In this document: piece after piece, positions 39,540 to 55,023 of the stretch | Layout: each line of letters begins with the position of its first letter | Position numbering within the stretch: the stretch's first letter is position 1 | Source: Octopus vulgaris | Taxonomy: Eukaryota | NCBI GenBank assembly: GCA_951406725.2 | Contig: OX597821.1 | Span: forward strand, 53,072,001 to 53,136,000 | DNA length: 64,000 nucleotides | Direction: 5' to 3' | The notes under the pieces: generated by a model | What the model saw: only the letters and a program-made list of their open reading frames with translations | What the model was told of the DNA's origin: nothing | Databases searched by the model: none | Made by a program: the position numbers and the translations under genes

Positions 39540-40960
39540 AGTTCAGGTTTATACTTGTAATTATTGTGGCACTGGGATATATAACAAACTGCCTAAGCAC
39601 TAGTCTTGAGAAATTAGGCTTTTCAAAACCAGAAAAGAGAAATCTGAATCGAGGACTACAGATTCAAGTCATCACTAGAACTGTAAAAAAATTCTAAAAT
39701 TTCCAGAAATCTACCATTTAAGTATATATGCTCATGTCTGGGCATGTAACTATATTCATAAGAATATATACGTAAAACACAACATACATGCACTGACACT
39801 TACTACTGCATACATACACACGTACACGCAAACATACCCTGTTGATGTTGGTGAAATTTGAACGAAGGAGCCTTGAATCTAGATTAGAAAGTGGCTTTTC
39901 TCTATTGGCAAGAAATCGTGAAATAAAATGAAATGATGACAAACATACATGCCGTATCATCTCTCTCAGACAGCAATACTAAATACTGTAACTCAGTTCT
40001 CAAAATTTAAGAGAACAAATTCTTACGAGTCGGCAACAAGCCCCTCAAGAAGCAATGTCTTCCCACTGACCTTCCATATAAGACCAAAACAGTCGGACTA
40101 ACATACCTCAAAGACCTGGATGTGAAAAGCTCAGCACAGAAAAGCATGTGCATGCATGGGTACATTCCCCGAAGTCTTCAAGAGGACAGTAGTATTGACA
40201 TGAATCGAAACTTATACTGAACTCGCAACCGATAAATCCCATCATACTTCGAAGGCTGTGCATTTGCAATTCAAGAATAGGCGATTGCTGCTAAATACCT
40301 AGTAAACAAAAGAGACAGTAAAGGCCTTTTATTTCCCAGATAGAAGCGAAAATGTAGATTGTCATATTTCTATGGAAGACATCACACGTGTGATTAGCAG
40401 CTTTACCAAAATGTTACGTTACTATTTCGCTATGCAACACGATGTTGTCGCAAAAACAATATACAATGACATCTAGAAAAAAGACTGTCCCGAAGTAAAT
40501 ACGTGTATAAACATCAACACAGAGAATTCTGGTGGAACATTCTTATCAAAACACCTGTCAAGCATAACATGCCGGATATATTACTATTTGGGACAGAGAA
40601 GAAAAGGTATGTACCGTCAAGAGGCCAACTGTCCTGCGCAGGAAAAGCAAAGAGAAAGGGGGTAATTATAGACAACTGTTTTGAAACCACCTGCTTCTAT
40701 ATCCAGATTATATCTATACCTTTGGTACACTTGGCTGCCTAAGAGTCTGGATAAGCTTGGATTTTTCAGAAGATAAAAACAAACCAACTCACAGATTATC
40801 AATAGAGTCTGTATGTGGTACAGTAAAAATATACAATACTTTTCAAAGGTTTGAAATCTGACATTGTTCTTGTTATCTACTTTCCAAATACGGAGCTTTG
40901 TTTCGGTGTTGGAAACCACCTCAGAGGAAGAACGTAGATCATTATAAACAGAACAGAACA
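39540..40960 (+). mobile_element. Decayed R4/Dong-like LINE fragments (3' end, then a longer copy)
   Basis: CTTGAGAAATTAGGCTTTTCAAAACCAGAA 3' motif as at 56920 and 58220; FEGCAFAIQE, QHD, WWNI..KTP..HNMPDIL motifs. Confidence 0.8.
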
Positions 40961-41419
40961 TATATTTGTATACATACAGATAACTGAAAGTCTGTCGATG
41001 TCTTATTTGCTCTCATGAAACATCAAGCATTACGTTGTATTGTATGTGTATGGGGAGCTAGTCAACAAGTGGCTTGATACCTATGCAAACTTATGAAAAA
41101 AAATTTTATTTATAAATAAATCCATTTAAAACGTGATGTATAAACTAATGTATTTCACTTGAAATGACATTGATTATCTCTCTCTTTTTCATCTCTCTAG
41201 TAGTTTTCCGAGCATGGATGCAGCTGGGATAGTCGTCTCTGAAAACTTGTCAAACTTTTTGTTCAATATTTGTAACAATATGGAGTGGATTTGACAAGAT
41301 TTAATATTGATATAAATCGATTTCATGTGCAATAAATAAATGAGAGTCCACTGAATACATGCAAATAAATCCATCCATACATAATATACACATGCAGACA
41401 TACATACATTCATAGTTAT

Positions 41420-42067
<648 letters not shown>

Positions 42068-42487
42068 TTCTAGGTAATTTGACACCTGGTAATTCCACTC
42101 TTGGTATTTTGAAAAAATAAATAAAGCGTTGAAATTCATAATTATTATTGTTGTTGTTGTTGTTGTTGATAATGAGGATTTACAGAGTAATTTAGTTAAG
42201 CGAAATTATCTTTTGAGTCATCCATTCGGGTGTTTTACTTGAAGAGTTTACAGGTTTAATCGTGATCCATCCCTACCTCATTCATTACTTTTAATGGAAG
42301 GATTCCAACTACTCCCATATGATTAAAAGTGGACAGTTACATTTGCTATAAATAAAGAACTGTCGATTTAAACAGGAGCTGATTGATGAGCCGTGTAACC
42401 TAGTGTATTCGACTAAATACTTCGTTAAATTATTTATCCATTTTACCAGAATATAAAAATTACTTAAAAAGGAAATATACAAACACC

Positions 42488-42975
42488 ATGCCTCACCTTT
42501 TTAACAGTATCTGCAGAAAGAAGAAACTTGTGGATGATATGATTTACATATATGAAGCACAGAAACAAAATGCCGATTGATCCAAGAATTGCTGGAAAGC
42601 TCTAGGCCACACCATGGCACAATGAAGATTATACCATAATTAAGCACGTTGGTGAACATCTTCATAGTCTGTGTGCTTCAAAACCCAAAGTTCGCGAAAG
42701 TTTAGCTGACCTAAAGGTACAAGCAGCTGATTCTCAAGAATCTTCTCGTTCATTAATTGCTACTGCTTGTGAAAAGCTTGACGGAAATTTAATTGCTCAC
42801 ATGCCTTCAACTTCGTGGGTAAGTCGCAATATAAGGAACTGGTGTCAAGCAAAAGTAAGTGCCCCTCCAATGCCGAGTCGATTTGGTTATAATATACCCG
42901 ATGAATACAAGTTCCTTGATAGTGCGAAATTTTCTTACAGTTTGATAAGGGTGAAACTGATGTAGACAGATTACG
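42488..42975 (+). mobile_element. MULE/FLYWCH-type transposase N-terminal remnant
   Basis: ...KHVGEHLHS...LKVQAADSQESSRSLIA...MPSTSWVSRNIRNW...APPMP..GYNIPDEYK..then FLQFD after a frameshift; matches the FLYWCH-MULE pattern. Confidence 0.7.
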
Positions 42976-43034
42976 ATTTCAATATAAATGTATGTGGGTG
43001 TATGGTAAGAAGCTTGCTTCTCAGATTCAAAGTG

Positions 43035-43092
<58 letters not shown>

Positions 43093-43522
43093 TTTACTCC
43101 TCCTGTATGTATGTATTTTAGAAGAAAAAAATCATGTAATAATTGAAGTAGAAAAAAACCATCAATTTTCTTACAGAACTTCTATTTGTTTATTATATGA
43201 CAATAATGGGTGAGTTGTATGTGTTATTTTATATATTGATACAGTAATGGCAATTATATAATACACAAGGCTTTGGTTGTCACGGAGCTGTAATGAAAGA
43301 GGATTACCCAACGTGCCGTACAGTGGAACTGAACCCAAGGCGACATGGTTCGGAAAGCAAGGTTCTCAACCACACATCCACGCCTATAAAAGAGAGATGC
43401 ATTTTGAATAATATACTCTTTGATACAATATGATTAACAAAAAGATGGAATGCTTACGTCGATAAGACCTTTGATTTTAATATTTACTCGACCAACGCAA
43501 CAACTCACAACGCTACACCAAG

Positions 43523-44473
43523 CAGGGTGTTCCAGAATTAACTATCTGTTTCAATAAAATTGAGTAAATTTTAAAAGATCGACATTATTTTATGTTTATT
43601 ACTAAAACAAATAGATTTACAAATCTTACGTCAAATTTTATTGAAAACTAGCAGTATCGCCCGGCGTTGCTCGGGTTTGTAAGGGAAATAACTATATAAG
43701 CATTTTTAGAGAGTTACTTTACTTATAGATGCCAATTCGGGCTTTCTTAGCCATTTCTGTTTTGGTGTCTTCAAGCCATGAAGTCGTTGTTCTAAAAGAA
43801 CGCTGGTCTCCTTGACAACGCTTTACGACGTTGATTTCCTTACACTCCCTTCCCCATAGCTTCACGAGGGAGGAAAGAAGGGGGAGAAGCAAACAGGTGC
43901 AGGTGTGACCATGGACGACAACTCCACCGCCATCGACACGCGAAAAATTATGCATTAAAATGGAATAAAAAATGATGTTAAATTATTTTTTAAATCGTAG
44001 ACTCATCGTAGACGCGCGCTAATACTCAGACGGGCTCGATATGAATCACGACTATAAGATACCCGAATTTGGTTAAACTGCACCGCAAAATGTGGGAGTA
44101 GTTAGGAATCTAAATCGAAGGGGACAGACACTCACACAACTACAGTTTTATATATATAGATTTTCAACAAGTTTATATCCCTGCGTACTTCAAATCTCTC
44201 GTTAGCGTTGTGAAATTCATTTGGAAGCATTTCTCGAGATAGCTCCTGCATTGTTAACTGAATGTGTTCTTTAAGCTCGGCTAAACGGTTGCTCCATCTT
44301 GGGGATGGAGCTAAAGAAAATGATTGCTACCAAACTGAACATGGACAAATAAGAGGGGTCCAACAGGAATGAAAATAAAATTAAAATTCAAAATTTATGA
44401 TAAACATAAATAACAGTTTTTAAAAAAATGCATCCGGTTTCACTCAAATCACCATTAATTGTGGGACACTCTG
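43523..44473. mobile_element. Internally deleted Tc1/mariner-type element interrupted by a Helitron
   Basis: Imperfect TIRs CAGGGTGTTCCAGAATTAA / TTAATTGTGGGACACTCTG followed by TA. Confidence 0.65.
43648..44160 (-). mobile_element. Non-autonomous Helitron (513 bp)
   Basis: 5' TC start, subterminal hairpin CCCGAGC-AAC-GCCGGG, CTAG 3' end, inserted between A and T with no TSD. Confidence 0.9.
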
Positions 44474-45464
44474 TATTTACTCGTCCGACTAATCTGGGAA
44501 GGGAACACACGGTGTTAAATGCAAGTGGCAGGCGTAGCTTCCGAAAGTAGTCACGCGGTCCAACTCAAATGGCTGTGAGTCACGATAGCAGTTTTCTTTT
44601 TTGTGTGTATGACCATTTTGAATTATATAGTTCAGACATGCATGGCACCCAAAGCAGCTATGTTGCCGGGCCCTGCTACGTTGTGCAGGATTGGAAACGT
44701 GTGACATCAACAGGGCACTTCTGGAGAATGGATGAATGCCTTTGTTGTGCCTTTATCCAGCCGCGCGCGCACGCACACGCACACGCACACGCACACACAC
44801 ACACACAACACACACACACATGGCCTGGTGGTGCGCGAGATGGTGATATAAACAATAGGGCGCCGACAACAATTTTAATGTTCTTCTCATTTTCGCTATC
44901 AAATTTGACAAAAAGGTTTTCATGAAATATTATACGCCACTTATAATGCATAAATAGTGTCAATATTTTATCGTCAGAAAATGGAGTAAAACAAAGATAG
45001 AACCCAGTGGAGGGGCATAGTCGGCGTCGGAATTTTTTCAGTCAACAGCAATTCGAGTAGCCTGATTAATGTTTGTTGAAGATTTGGGGGAAAGCGACAG
45101 GATATACTTCAAGTTACGAGCCTTAACGCTGCGAAAGTGCTTAAAAAATGCAGTTTATCTGCCCGTGGACCCCCATTAGGCAGGATGTTGAGCAATTTTT
45201 GGCTCATGATTGTGTGTGAAGAAAAACTGAAAGCTAGATTGATAGATATGTTAGTTGTCTGTTATCATAAAAGAGTTTGAACAATAACCTTTGCCATGCA
45301 GTTCGGATTAAACGTCCAATGCTTTGAACAACGATATTGGCGTTACGAAATTGGATGTAAGAAGCTTGGTGCGTGAACCTAGAAGAAAATAAAAAATCTG
45401 TGATTGAATATTTAAGGCTGAAAGTGGCATGAAGATTCTTTTAGGTAAATTTATGTGCAAAGAG

Positions 45465-45721
45465 TGGAGGTGCGTGGCTTAGTGGTTAGGGTGTCAGCAT
45501 CATGATCGTAACATTGTCGTTTCGATTCCTGGACCGGGCGACGCGTTGTGTTCTTGAGCAAAACACTTCATTTCACGTTGCTACAGTCCACTCAGCTGGC
45601 AAAAATGAGTAACGCTGCGATGGACTGGCATCCCGTCCAGCTGGGGAACACATACGCCATAGAAACCGGGAAACTGGGACCATGAGCCTGGCTAGGTTTA
45701 AAAGGCCGCATTCATTTATTT
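45465..45721 (+). mobile_element. Full-length tRNA/CORE-like SINE (tail type B) with 16-bp TSD
   Basis: TGGCTTAGTGG A-box, GTTTCGATTCC B-box, (ATTT)n tail; TSD ATTTATGTGCAAAGAG at 45449-45464 and 45722-45737. Confidence 0.92.
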
Positions 45722-46311
45722 ATTTATGTGCAAAGAGCAACAACACCGACGCAAAGTACCAGACATTAAAAAGAGTATCTTAAGTATTTCAAAACAGCTA
45801 CTTAATTGGAGCAGAACAAGAGAAAGCAGTTTAACTACAGAATCCAGAACCTATTTGTTCAACATATCTAGAGAACAAGAACACCAGCGTGTTTCTGAGG
45901 AAACCATGATTGAATTTGCCATCAACAGTAGATTGCAAATGGCATTGGCTGAAGGCCTGGACTTAGTTGTCGAGAATCTTATCAGCGGATTGCTAAAAAC
46001 CCTATTTTCTCATTGAAGTCACCTGTCTCAGTTTACCGGCAATATCATTGCAGTGTTTCTTGCAGAAATTTGGTTTAGAATACCCGAAAAAACCACTAGA
46101 GAGGAAACTATAGCAAATGAGCACCGATGAAATCATTCTGTCAGCAAAGGCAAAGCGGAAGGCTAATGGACGAAACAGTTGTGACCCAGACACACCTACT
46201 GAAGATGAATCTTTTCCAACATTGTGACAGATTTAGTTAGCAACAGAAGATCTTAATACATTATGAAATGGCTCTTGGAGTTTTGTTCAGTGCAAACTAT
46301 TTTTGATGTTT

Positions 46312-46353
<42 letters not shown>

Positions 46354-47124
46354 GTGTGTGTCTCTCTCTCTCTTTAGAAGACATCCAAAAGCACATATAC
46401 AATTGTGCTAATATAGACAAATATGAAGTAAAAGCATGATATTTTAGCCTGAACGAGTGTTAAAAGCATGAAGTACTAATGAAGGTGAACAGAAAACAAA
46501 AAGTTGAGACTGACATAGAATCCAACATAACAATGGACTTAAACTCGGTGGGGAAATTGATTAGGTGGCGTACTTTAACTTAGCCCATTGTCACATTTGC
46601 ACCGGTCGAACCATTATTGTTACCAACAGCTAGTGAGTGGTTCACTGAAAACCTGCAATTAACCACAGTACACATCATATAAAGTGACATAAAACAAATA
46701 ATTCTATAAAGAATCGAACGACGGCATATTTAATAACAAGAACTTACGTAAAATGACGAATAATAATTTCCAATTTTGTCACAAAGACACTGTGATCGGA
46801 AATACGATTTTGAACCTCACAGGAATGGAAACATAGCTCACATCGGCAGAATATGAATTCATATTGAAGAAAATAAAACTACCGATCTAAATATAGCCAG
46901 GAATTTATTACGAGAGTTTACCCTCTTCTACTTCATAACCAGCTTCCCATTACTCATGATTTATACTAATCTCCATATAAATTACATTAACCACCGCTCT
47001 CTTATCTGTCGCTCGAGGAATTACCTTTAAAGTTTCAAAGCTAAAAGAATCTTCCATAATTTAGCGAACTACAACACAGAAAGATAACCTGAAGCACCTG
47101 AAAATAACATGTTGAAGAAATAGC

Positions 47125-47176
<52 letters not shown>

Positions 47177-47674
47177 ATATATATGTATATATATGTATAT
47201 ATATATGTATATATATATGAATATATATTAATGTATAAATATATATATACACGCATGTATATATACATATATGTATATACATGTGTGTGTGTGCATATGT
47301 ATGTATATGTATGTGTGTGTGTCCACATATATATGTGTATGCATATAAATGCACACACATATATATTGCAATCTTCAGCTATTCGAATGCTTTTCAACTC
47401 TGTTTTCTCTCTGTCTTGCTACCTCCCTTATCCCACTTGCTTATAGCATTCATTTCCTTGTTGAAATATTTCTTACCGATTCCTGATTACCTTGGTGGAC
47501 TAGAGATTTCGATGGTTCATATCTTTCTATCCTACACATTTCTGTTTTACCTGGTTTTCAAAGCTTGCACACACACACGCAACTTATACCAGAAAAAGTA
47601 TACAAATGTATGTCTACTCTCGCGCTTCGTATATCCATCTCTTCTTGTCTTTCTCTCGATTTATATATATATAT

Positions 47675-47842
47675 AGTTAATCCAAACAAGAAAGCACAAA
47701 AAAACACAACAACGCGAGAACGTGGAACAAATATAGTATTATTGGACGCTCAGGAAAGAAGGAAAGAAGGAGGATTTAACGTTTCGAGCGGAGCTCGTCG
47801 TCGGAAACATAGGAGAAGGAAAAATCCAGAGAAGGGAAGACA

Positions 47843-47845
<3 letters not shown>
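47675..47845 (-). mobile_element. Short element in (TA)n with degenerate hammerhead motif (Penelope-like pLTR remnant)
   Basis: Minus strand CCGACGA-C-GAGC-TCC-GCTC-GAAAC-GTT; shares TTCCTGAGCGT with 63695-63890. Confidence 0.6.
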
Positions 47846-47908
<63 letters not shown>

Positions 47909-47924
47909 CATATATATATATATT

Positions 47925-47976
<52 letters not shown>

Positions 47977-48269
47977 CAAGGTTGAAAAAGAACACACGAG
48001 TTGATATATATGGAAAAAAGTCAAGATAGGAAATGCTAAAATAATTTTATAAAAAACATTTCAGTACCGGTTTCAGTCATTGAGACTTTTTCAACTGTAA
48101 GTATGGAAAATAATTAAATTTTGGAAAAAATTAAAAGAAAAGGTGTTTTTAAAGGAATATTTGCATAGTGTTCAAATACAAGGGGCATTTTCCTTGTTTC
48201 TGTCTGTCTCTGTCGTTCTTGTTTACTCTTGTGGGTTCGAGGTCGTTGTGAGTTCTTGAAAGAGAAGAT

Positions 48270-48380
48270 GAAGAAGAAGAAGAAGAAGAAGAAGAAGAAG
48301 AAGAAGAAGAAGAAGAAGAAGAAGAAGAAGAAGAAGAAGAAGAAGAAGAAAAAGAAGAAGAAGAAGAAGAAGAAGAAGAA
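48270..48380. repeat. (GAA)n microsatellite
   Basis: Direct observation; source of the poly-K and poly-S ORFs. Confidence 0.97.
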
Positions 48381-48977
48381 ATATATGTATTCAAAATATA
48401 TGAAACCTCATTAGCAATGACATTTTCCCATATGGATACAAATTTTCTGATGCTTCGGGATAAAGCGATTGTTCAGAGAGTCACTTCGACATCGTCTCTA
48501 CTTCTAAATGTTCTTAAATTATTCAAATCACCTGAATATGTGAAGATCTGATGGGGTTAGTCCTCGTAAGGAGGGAGGTGATTTAGAGTATCAAAGCCTA
48601 AGGAATTCCTCTTTTTTCTTGGGTTATTTCCTCTAAATGAAGTATTGCTTTTTTATGTTGCAGGATAAATGCATCTCTTTTGATTAAAGCTGGTTGTTAT
48701 TTAAGTAAAACTTGATAGACCTTTTCAAGTTTCTGATAACGTTCTGCTTTACCGTGTTGCAATTATTTGAAGCCTGAGCTTTGTACATTTATTGTTGGCG
48801 TAGACTATTTCTCATTTAATCCAGTTACTTGAGTATTTTACTAATGGTAGATCATTGAGAAGCAAAGACAACGTGGAAACATTTTTCTCTTCTAAAGAAC
48901 TAGCCTTTTTTTGCCTGAGGAATTTGAAAACTAGTTTATCAGTGGGACATATTAAATGCCATCGACGGTGATTATAC

Positions 48978-49014
<37 letters not shown>

Positions 49015-49099
49015 GTGTGTATGTGTGTGTGTGTGTATAATTGGAATTTATAGTAAAACACAAGATGAAGACAGGTGTATGAACAACAAACTGGTGTAT

Positions 49100-49500
49100 T
49101 ATCAGGTCATCACATAAGTTCTGTCCGAAGTTTGAATAAAGAAAGCAAGTGATCAAATGTTATATTTAATTGAATTTAATCATCAATGTACTTTCCCTGA
49201 TTATCTATGACTTCCTTCCATCTATTTACAAGCTTTTTAATCCCATCAATATAAAATTATTTTGGTTTCAAAGCGAAGAACTCTGAAATTTCAGGTTCTA
49301 CCTCCTCCTGGCTTGCGAAAGTTATGTCCACCAAATGATTCTGTAAACTACGAAACAAATGGTATTCTGAAGGAGCAAGGTCGAGAGAATAAGGTGGATG
49401 AGGAATTTTTCCCCAACCAAGCTCTTCGATCTTCTGTTATGGGATCTTTGCAGTGTGAAGTCGCACATTGTCCTGATGAAACATTACTCCTTTTCGACTG
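49100..49500 (-). mobile_element. Mariner transposase C-terminal fragment
   Basis: RKGVMFHQDNVRLHTA...ELGW..IPHPPYSLDLAPSEYHLFRSLQNHL...GIKKLVNRWKEVIDNQGKYIDD*. Confidence 0.9.
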
Positions 49501-49689
49501 AAGAGGTTTTCAGCACTGCAGCTCCACATGGGAAAGAGACAACCGTCGACTATACATTAAAGTGGTTGACATAAAAGAGGTAGATGTAATATCGGACAAT
49601 GATGAGATGAACTGGAATCAACTAAGCTCCGAAATGGATTTCTGGCTGTCTTTTTAAGGACATGCAACAAAGCTCTCACAAATAATTTT

Positions 49690-50560
49690 CCAGATTTTCA
49701 TAAAAATTCGCAAGATAAAAGATTGTATAATAAACTCTGTTTATAAAGCAGGAAGCAAAGCAGATGCTAAAACTTACAGGCCCATCTCTCAGACTTCACA
49801 TATTAGCAAGGCTATGAAACGCATTGTTAGAAGGTGAATGATCCATTTCTGGAAGAAAATAACTTGCTCACAGATACACAACATGGCTTCCGTCCAAGGT
49901 GGAGCTGCCTTACATAGCTACTACAGCGTTATGATAGGGAATTAAAACAGGAGCTTAACTATTTAAATTTGGATGTAACATCTCTTGACTTTGTCGAGGC
50001 CTTTGACAAAGTTTATCATGGAATGATATGTCATAAACTGTGTGACCTTGATATTTCTGAAAAACTAAATGAATGGCTGCATGACTTTATAAAAGGCAGA
50101 AGCCAGGCAGTTGCAGCCAATGGTGCTCTCTCGGTGTAGTCCCTCAAGGAACTGTACTAGGAGAACTACTGTTTGTGGTGGATCTCTCAGATATGACCTC
50201 TGCCATACAGTCAGCCACTCTCACCAGCTATGCTGCTGATACAAAAGCATTTCAGTCAAGGACACTGATGATGTACTAAGATTTCAAAACGACGAATACA
50301 TAACACACGTGGGCTGATGAATATAACAAGCAGTTCAATGCTGAGAGGTTTTAAGCACTCAAATATCGACCCACAAACGGTTAACATTCTGACAAACAGC
50401 CTCAGAGATTTGCAAGATGTAGATGAAGGGGTTTTCAAAGAGCGTTTGCAAAAAATTTTTAACTGAGATATGAGGTGAACTCCCATTGCGGCAGGAGTCA
50501 CAAAGAAGAGCAGCTCCGTCCAACGCACACTTCACAGAAGCAGTTCAAAACAGACGCTGA
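49690..50560 (+). mobile_element. CR1/L2-group LINE RT remnant
   Basis: YRPISQTS..SKAMKRIV, QHGFRP..SCLT, LDFVEAFDKV, VPQGTVLG, YAADTK. Confidence 0.9.
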
Positions 50561-50711
50561 AATGCAATGCTGCAGCATGACCAAAAAGAGTAAAGGATTA
50601 AAGATTAAGGACATATACAGAGGCACACGCACGCGCGCACACACACACAGACACACATACACACACACGCACACGCACACGCACACGCACACGTAAAAGT
50701 ACCGCGTGACA

Positions 50712-50866
50712 TTGGCACCAGTGACGTCGCAACTGTTTTCTATAAAATCTGGAGAACGTGAATTTTTGATAAAGTGCCTTGCTCGAGAACACAACACCTC
50801 CGTACTGGGATTCGAGCACCGAACCTCACGATCGTGAATGACGCTCTAAACTGAGCCATGCGCACT
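50712..50866 (-). mobile_element. tRNA/CORE-like SINE 5' half (type C)
   Basis: Reverse complement of 55027-55187. Confidence 0.75.
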
Positions 50867-51024
50867 ACAAAGTGTATACCCAAATACAAAATGATATATA
50901 CATGTGTGTGTGTATGTGTGGTTGCGTGTATATGCATAGATAGTATCGGTCGCACTCACGTGATATAAGTGCCTTGTTTATACGCCAAACTGGCTGAAAG
51001 ATGTCCAAAGTAAGCTCCCTATTC

Positions 51025-51591
<567 letters not shown>

Positions 51592-51699
51592 CGAAAGAGA
51601 GAGAGAGCGAGAGCGGGATAGAAAGTAACTAGGCATATTAGAAACTGCTTATATAATTTTTAGTATCAATGAAATCATGACGAAAACATTTTTTAAACA

Positions 51700-52472
51700 G
51701 TCAAAACTAATGGGGATTTCTTATTTTCTTATTGTCTTTTTCCTTAATTCGTATCTTCCTGATGGCCTGTCGCTTGACTGTTCAGGAGCGAGCTAAGATA
51801 GCAGCAATCTATGAACTGTGGAATTCCATTGTTTTAATTTAGAGATTGACATGTAGGCATGCAATACTACGACGGGAGACAATAAAAATTTGTCATGCAA
51901 AGCTGATGACCAGTGGCTCTGTGAAAGATGCAAGAAGTGTTTGTCCAATCGCAGTCTCGATCAGCAACCGCATGCCAAATATGTAATCAAGCACATCAAG
52001 CATCTCGTGAAGGTGGACAAGCAAACACATAATATGTATGTTGTAGCATAAAGAATTGAAATTTCGTCCGTGGAAACCCCATTATGTTCAGGAGCTAAAA
52101 GTTGAAGACTGTGACCGTAGAAGTCCAGAAGGCCAAGAAGTTCAGGTCTCACGCCATGTAATTTTTACCTGTGGGGTTACGTAAAGGAGATGTGTAAGAC
52201 AAAATCTTGCACACTGGAGGTCCTTGTAACACATATTTAGGAGGTTCTCAATGATATCCCAGACGACGTCCTTCAGAGGGTTCTTCATTCCATCCCTGGC
52301 CGTTTGAGGACACTGATTGACATCACCAGTGCTTACGTTGAAATACGAAGATGTATTTTCATTTTCCCATGTAATAAAGAACGTGCATAATTTCTTTCAA
52401 TAAATTTGTAAAAATAATATGGATTTTATGACCAAATCTTAATGTCTACTTACTTCCCACCCATCCTGTATA
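51700..52472 (+). mobile_element. Internally deleted Tc1/mariner-superfamily element
   Basis: MACRLTVQERAKIAAIYELWNS N-terminus; PRSSGLTPCNFYLWGYVKE...RLRTLIDITSAYVE C-terminus; ends CCCATCCTG-TA. Confidence 0.8.
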
Positions 52473-53520
52473 TACTTAACAGTCTGTTTGGTTCCTCTCC
52501 CTTTCTCTCTCTTCTATCTCTTTCTATATATGTGTGTGAGTGTGTGTGCGTGTATTACATATATATCATACGTATATATATATGTGCATATAATTATAGA
52601 TCCAGGTATCTTGTATGTTTCACTTCCTTCCATCAATCGATTACATCCATGCAGGGGCACCGCATCGGAAGACTTTGTCGTACAAAACTACTCCAGGACT
52701 TAGTTTCCATCGGCCCATTTTTTGTGGGGGGTGGGGTCAGTTTTGCCGAACCGCTAGGCTATGGGGACGTGAACAAAACCACACTAGCTATCAAACGGTG
52801 GAGGGGCGGGACAAAAGGTAAGACCAAAGCATATACATATGTTTATATCCATCCATCCATCAATCCATTCATTTACACACACACACACATTGATATAAAT
52901 ATGTATGCATAGCAACAATATATATGTAGACCCTTTTCAGTTTGAACGAGTCATTTTCTCTGTTTCTGTGTTTAATTTCCAAACTGCTAGGACATATTAA
53001 TCATCCTAATCACGGTTCTAGTCGTTGCATCTATCAAGTTCCTTTATAGATATTGCGCAAGCCAAATTCATTAAAACCAAGTGGGCAGTAGAAACAGAAA
53101 AAAAAAATGTTAGGTCTTACAGAAACATAGTTAAAGGTAAATAACTCTCGGATTCTTTCTGCAGTTCTCTCCCCTGAATGAAGACGTTTTTTTTAAGTTC
53201 ACATGTTTACGATTGCTACAATTGTTATGCATTATCTGATTCATCTAGCTCATACACCCCCTTTAAGAAATATAATTCTGTGGTAAAAGGAAGAGATAAG
53301 GATTTGTCTTATTGCAGCGCAACATATATATGAGGATTTAATTGAGCAATTAACAAAATGATAGACTGGCTGATAAACGTGAAGCTGCTTAATCAACGTA
53401 TCGTTCCGTAGAGCTACGAGTGTACTTTTGTGTATGAATGTGTGTGTGTGTGCGTGTATGTGAGAGAGAGAGAGGAGAGAGAGTTTGTTTGTGTGCGTAC
53501 ACACACGTACACACACACAA

Positions 53521-53553
<33 letters not shown>

Positions 53554-55023
53554 CATATACAGACACACGCAGATAGACAGCAAGAGAGAGAGAGAGAGGG
53601 AGAGAGAGATAGAGAATGAGAGGGTGATAATATTGCATACCTAATGTTACTGCACTCTTCATCCCTCCCCACTCTAACGTTGTCTGCGTTACTCTCTCTC
53701 TCTCTCTCTCTCTGTCACGCACACACACACACTCACTCACTCTCTTTCTCTCGCTACCTGTCTCACTCCCTCCTTGTCTTCCTCTTCTCTCTCTGACAGA
53801 CGTGAGTCTGAAATATCCCTTCATTCCTGGTATTTGTGTCTTAGACTGTGACAACGGTCACTGAAATAATATATCTTCCAATGTTCTAAAACCAGAAACA
53901 GTAGCAGTGGCGATAAAGTGCAGTAGTCTGGGTATTCTGTTTCTCAAGACAACGACGATTAGTTCATGAAAAACAGGGCTTACGATCACTCATTGGGCCC
54001 CAAACCTTCAACGGACACTATCCTTTTCTGGTGAAGTTGGGGAGCGTCCTGTATTCTCAATCCCGTAAACACTACGGAAACAGACCGAGCCTCAGTCTCA
54101 TGAGTTTGTAAACACGGAGCAGACAAACAAACAAAGAGCAATTCAAGAATGTATGAGTTGTAAAATATATGAAATATATTGAAGCTAAAAAACTATAATT
54201 TTCCAGTTTATGTAGCATGTTGTTGGTGATGTTGTTTAATACCAGGTTACGTTTGTTTGAACTGACTTAAAATGAATGGTGCTGTGTTTGTTTAACAGAA
54301 TTTTGGGATTGGGTGGATATCTTACTAATATTTTTGATCTAATAGAAGAACGACTTTCCCTTCGGTGACTGGAGAGGAACCCATTGTTATATGTATTATT
54401 ATTATTAGAGAAAACATCATAGAATATTTAGCAATATTTTAGTAAATAATTAACCTCAATACTCCACATTAACAATTTAAATCGACAAACTGATGTGTGT
54501 CTTTAGGACGTCGGCTAGTGGTGCATTTGTTCTCACTCTTGGCAGCATTTGAGGGTAAGTCTCTCGGCGGCTAACTTTGCTTTTCAGTCCTTTTCATATA
54601 TAAATGAAAACACTAACTCAGAGTTTTCGGAATTGTTAGATCGCAGTTTTCTCTCCAAACCTTATACATTCTAAGATCAAGTACCGTCACATTTTACCCA
54701 ACAAAGTGGTGTAAAAGAGGGCTTTAGAGATTTTGGAAATGGTGATGCGGCCGCAATGAGAGACGAAGTGATGGATTGATTAGAGTAATATCCCAGTATC
54801 ATCAATATGCATCAATGTTGAGACTGCATTAATTCTTCATGATTTCAAAACGAATAATTTTCAGATATACTCTGTATTAAGGAGTTGAGCATAACTTTAC
54901 ATAAAGTATTTTTTTTACCTTTGTATGGAGTATTACTCTATACAAATACATTATTTAAATCATGTGAAAACATTTATAACAAGAGAAGATAAATACCATT
55001 ATATTATAGATACAGTTATATGT

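Noticed and set aside
48149-48414. Poly-Lys and poly-Ser ORFs
   Set aside because: Pure (GAA)n microsatellite.
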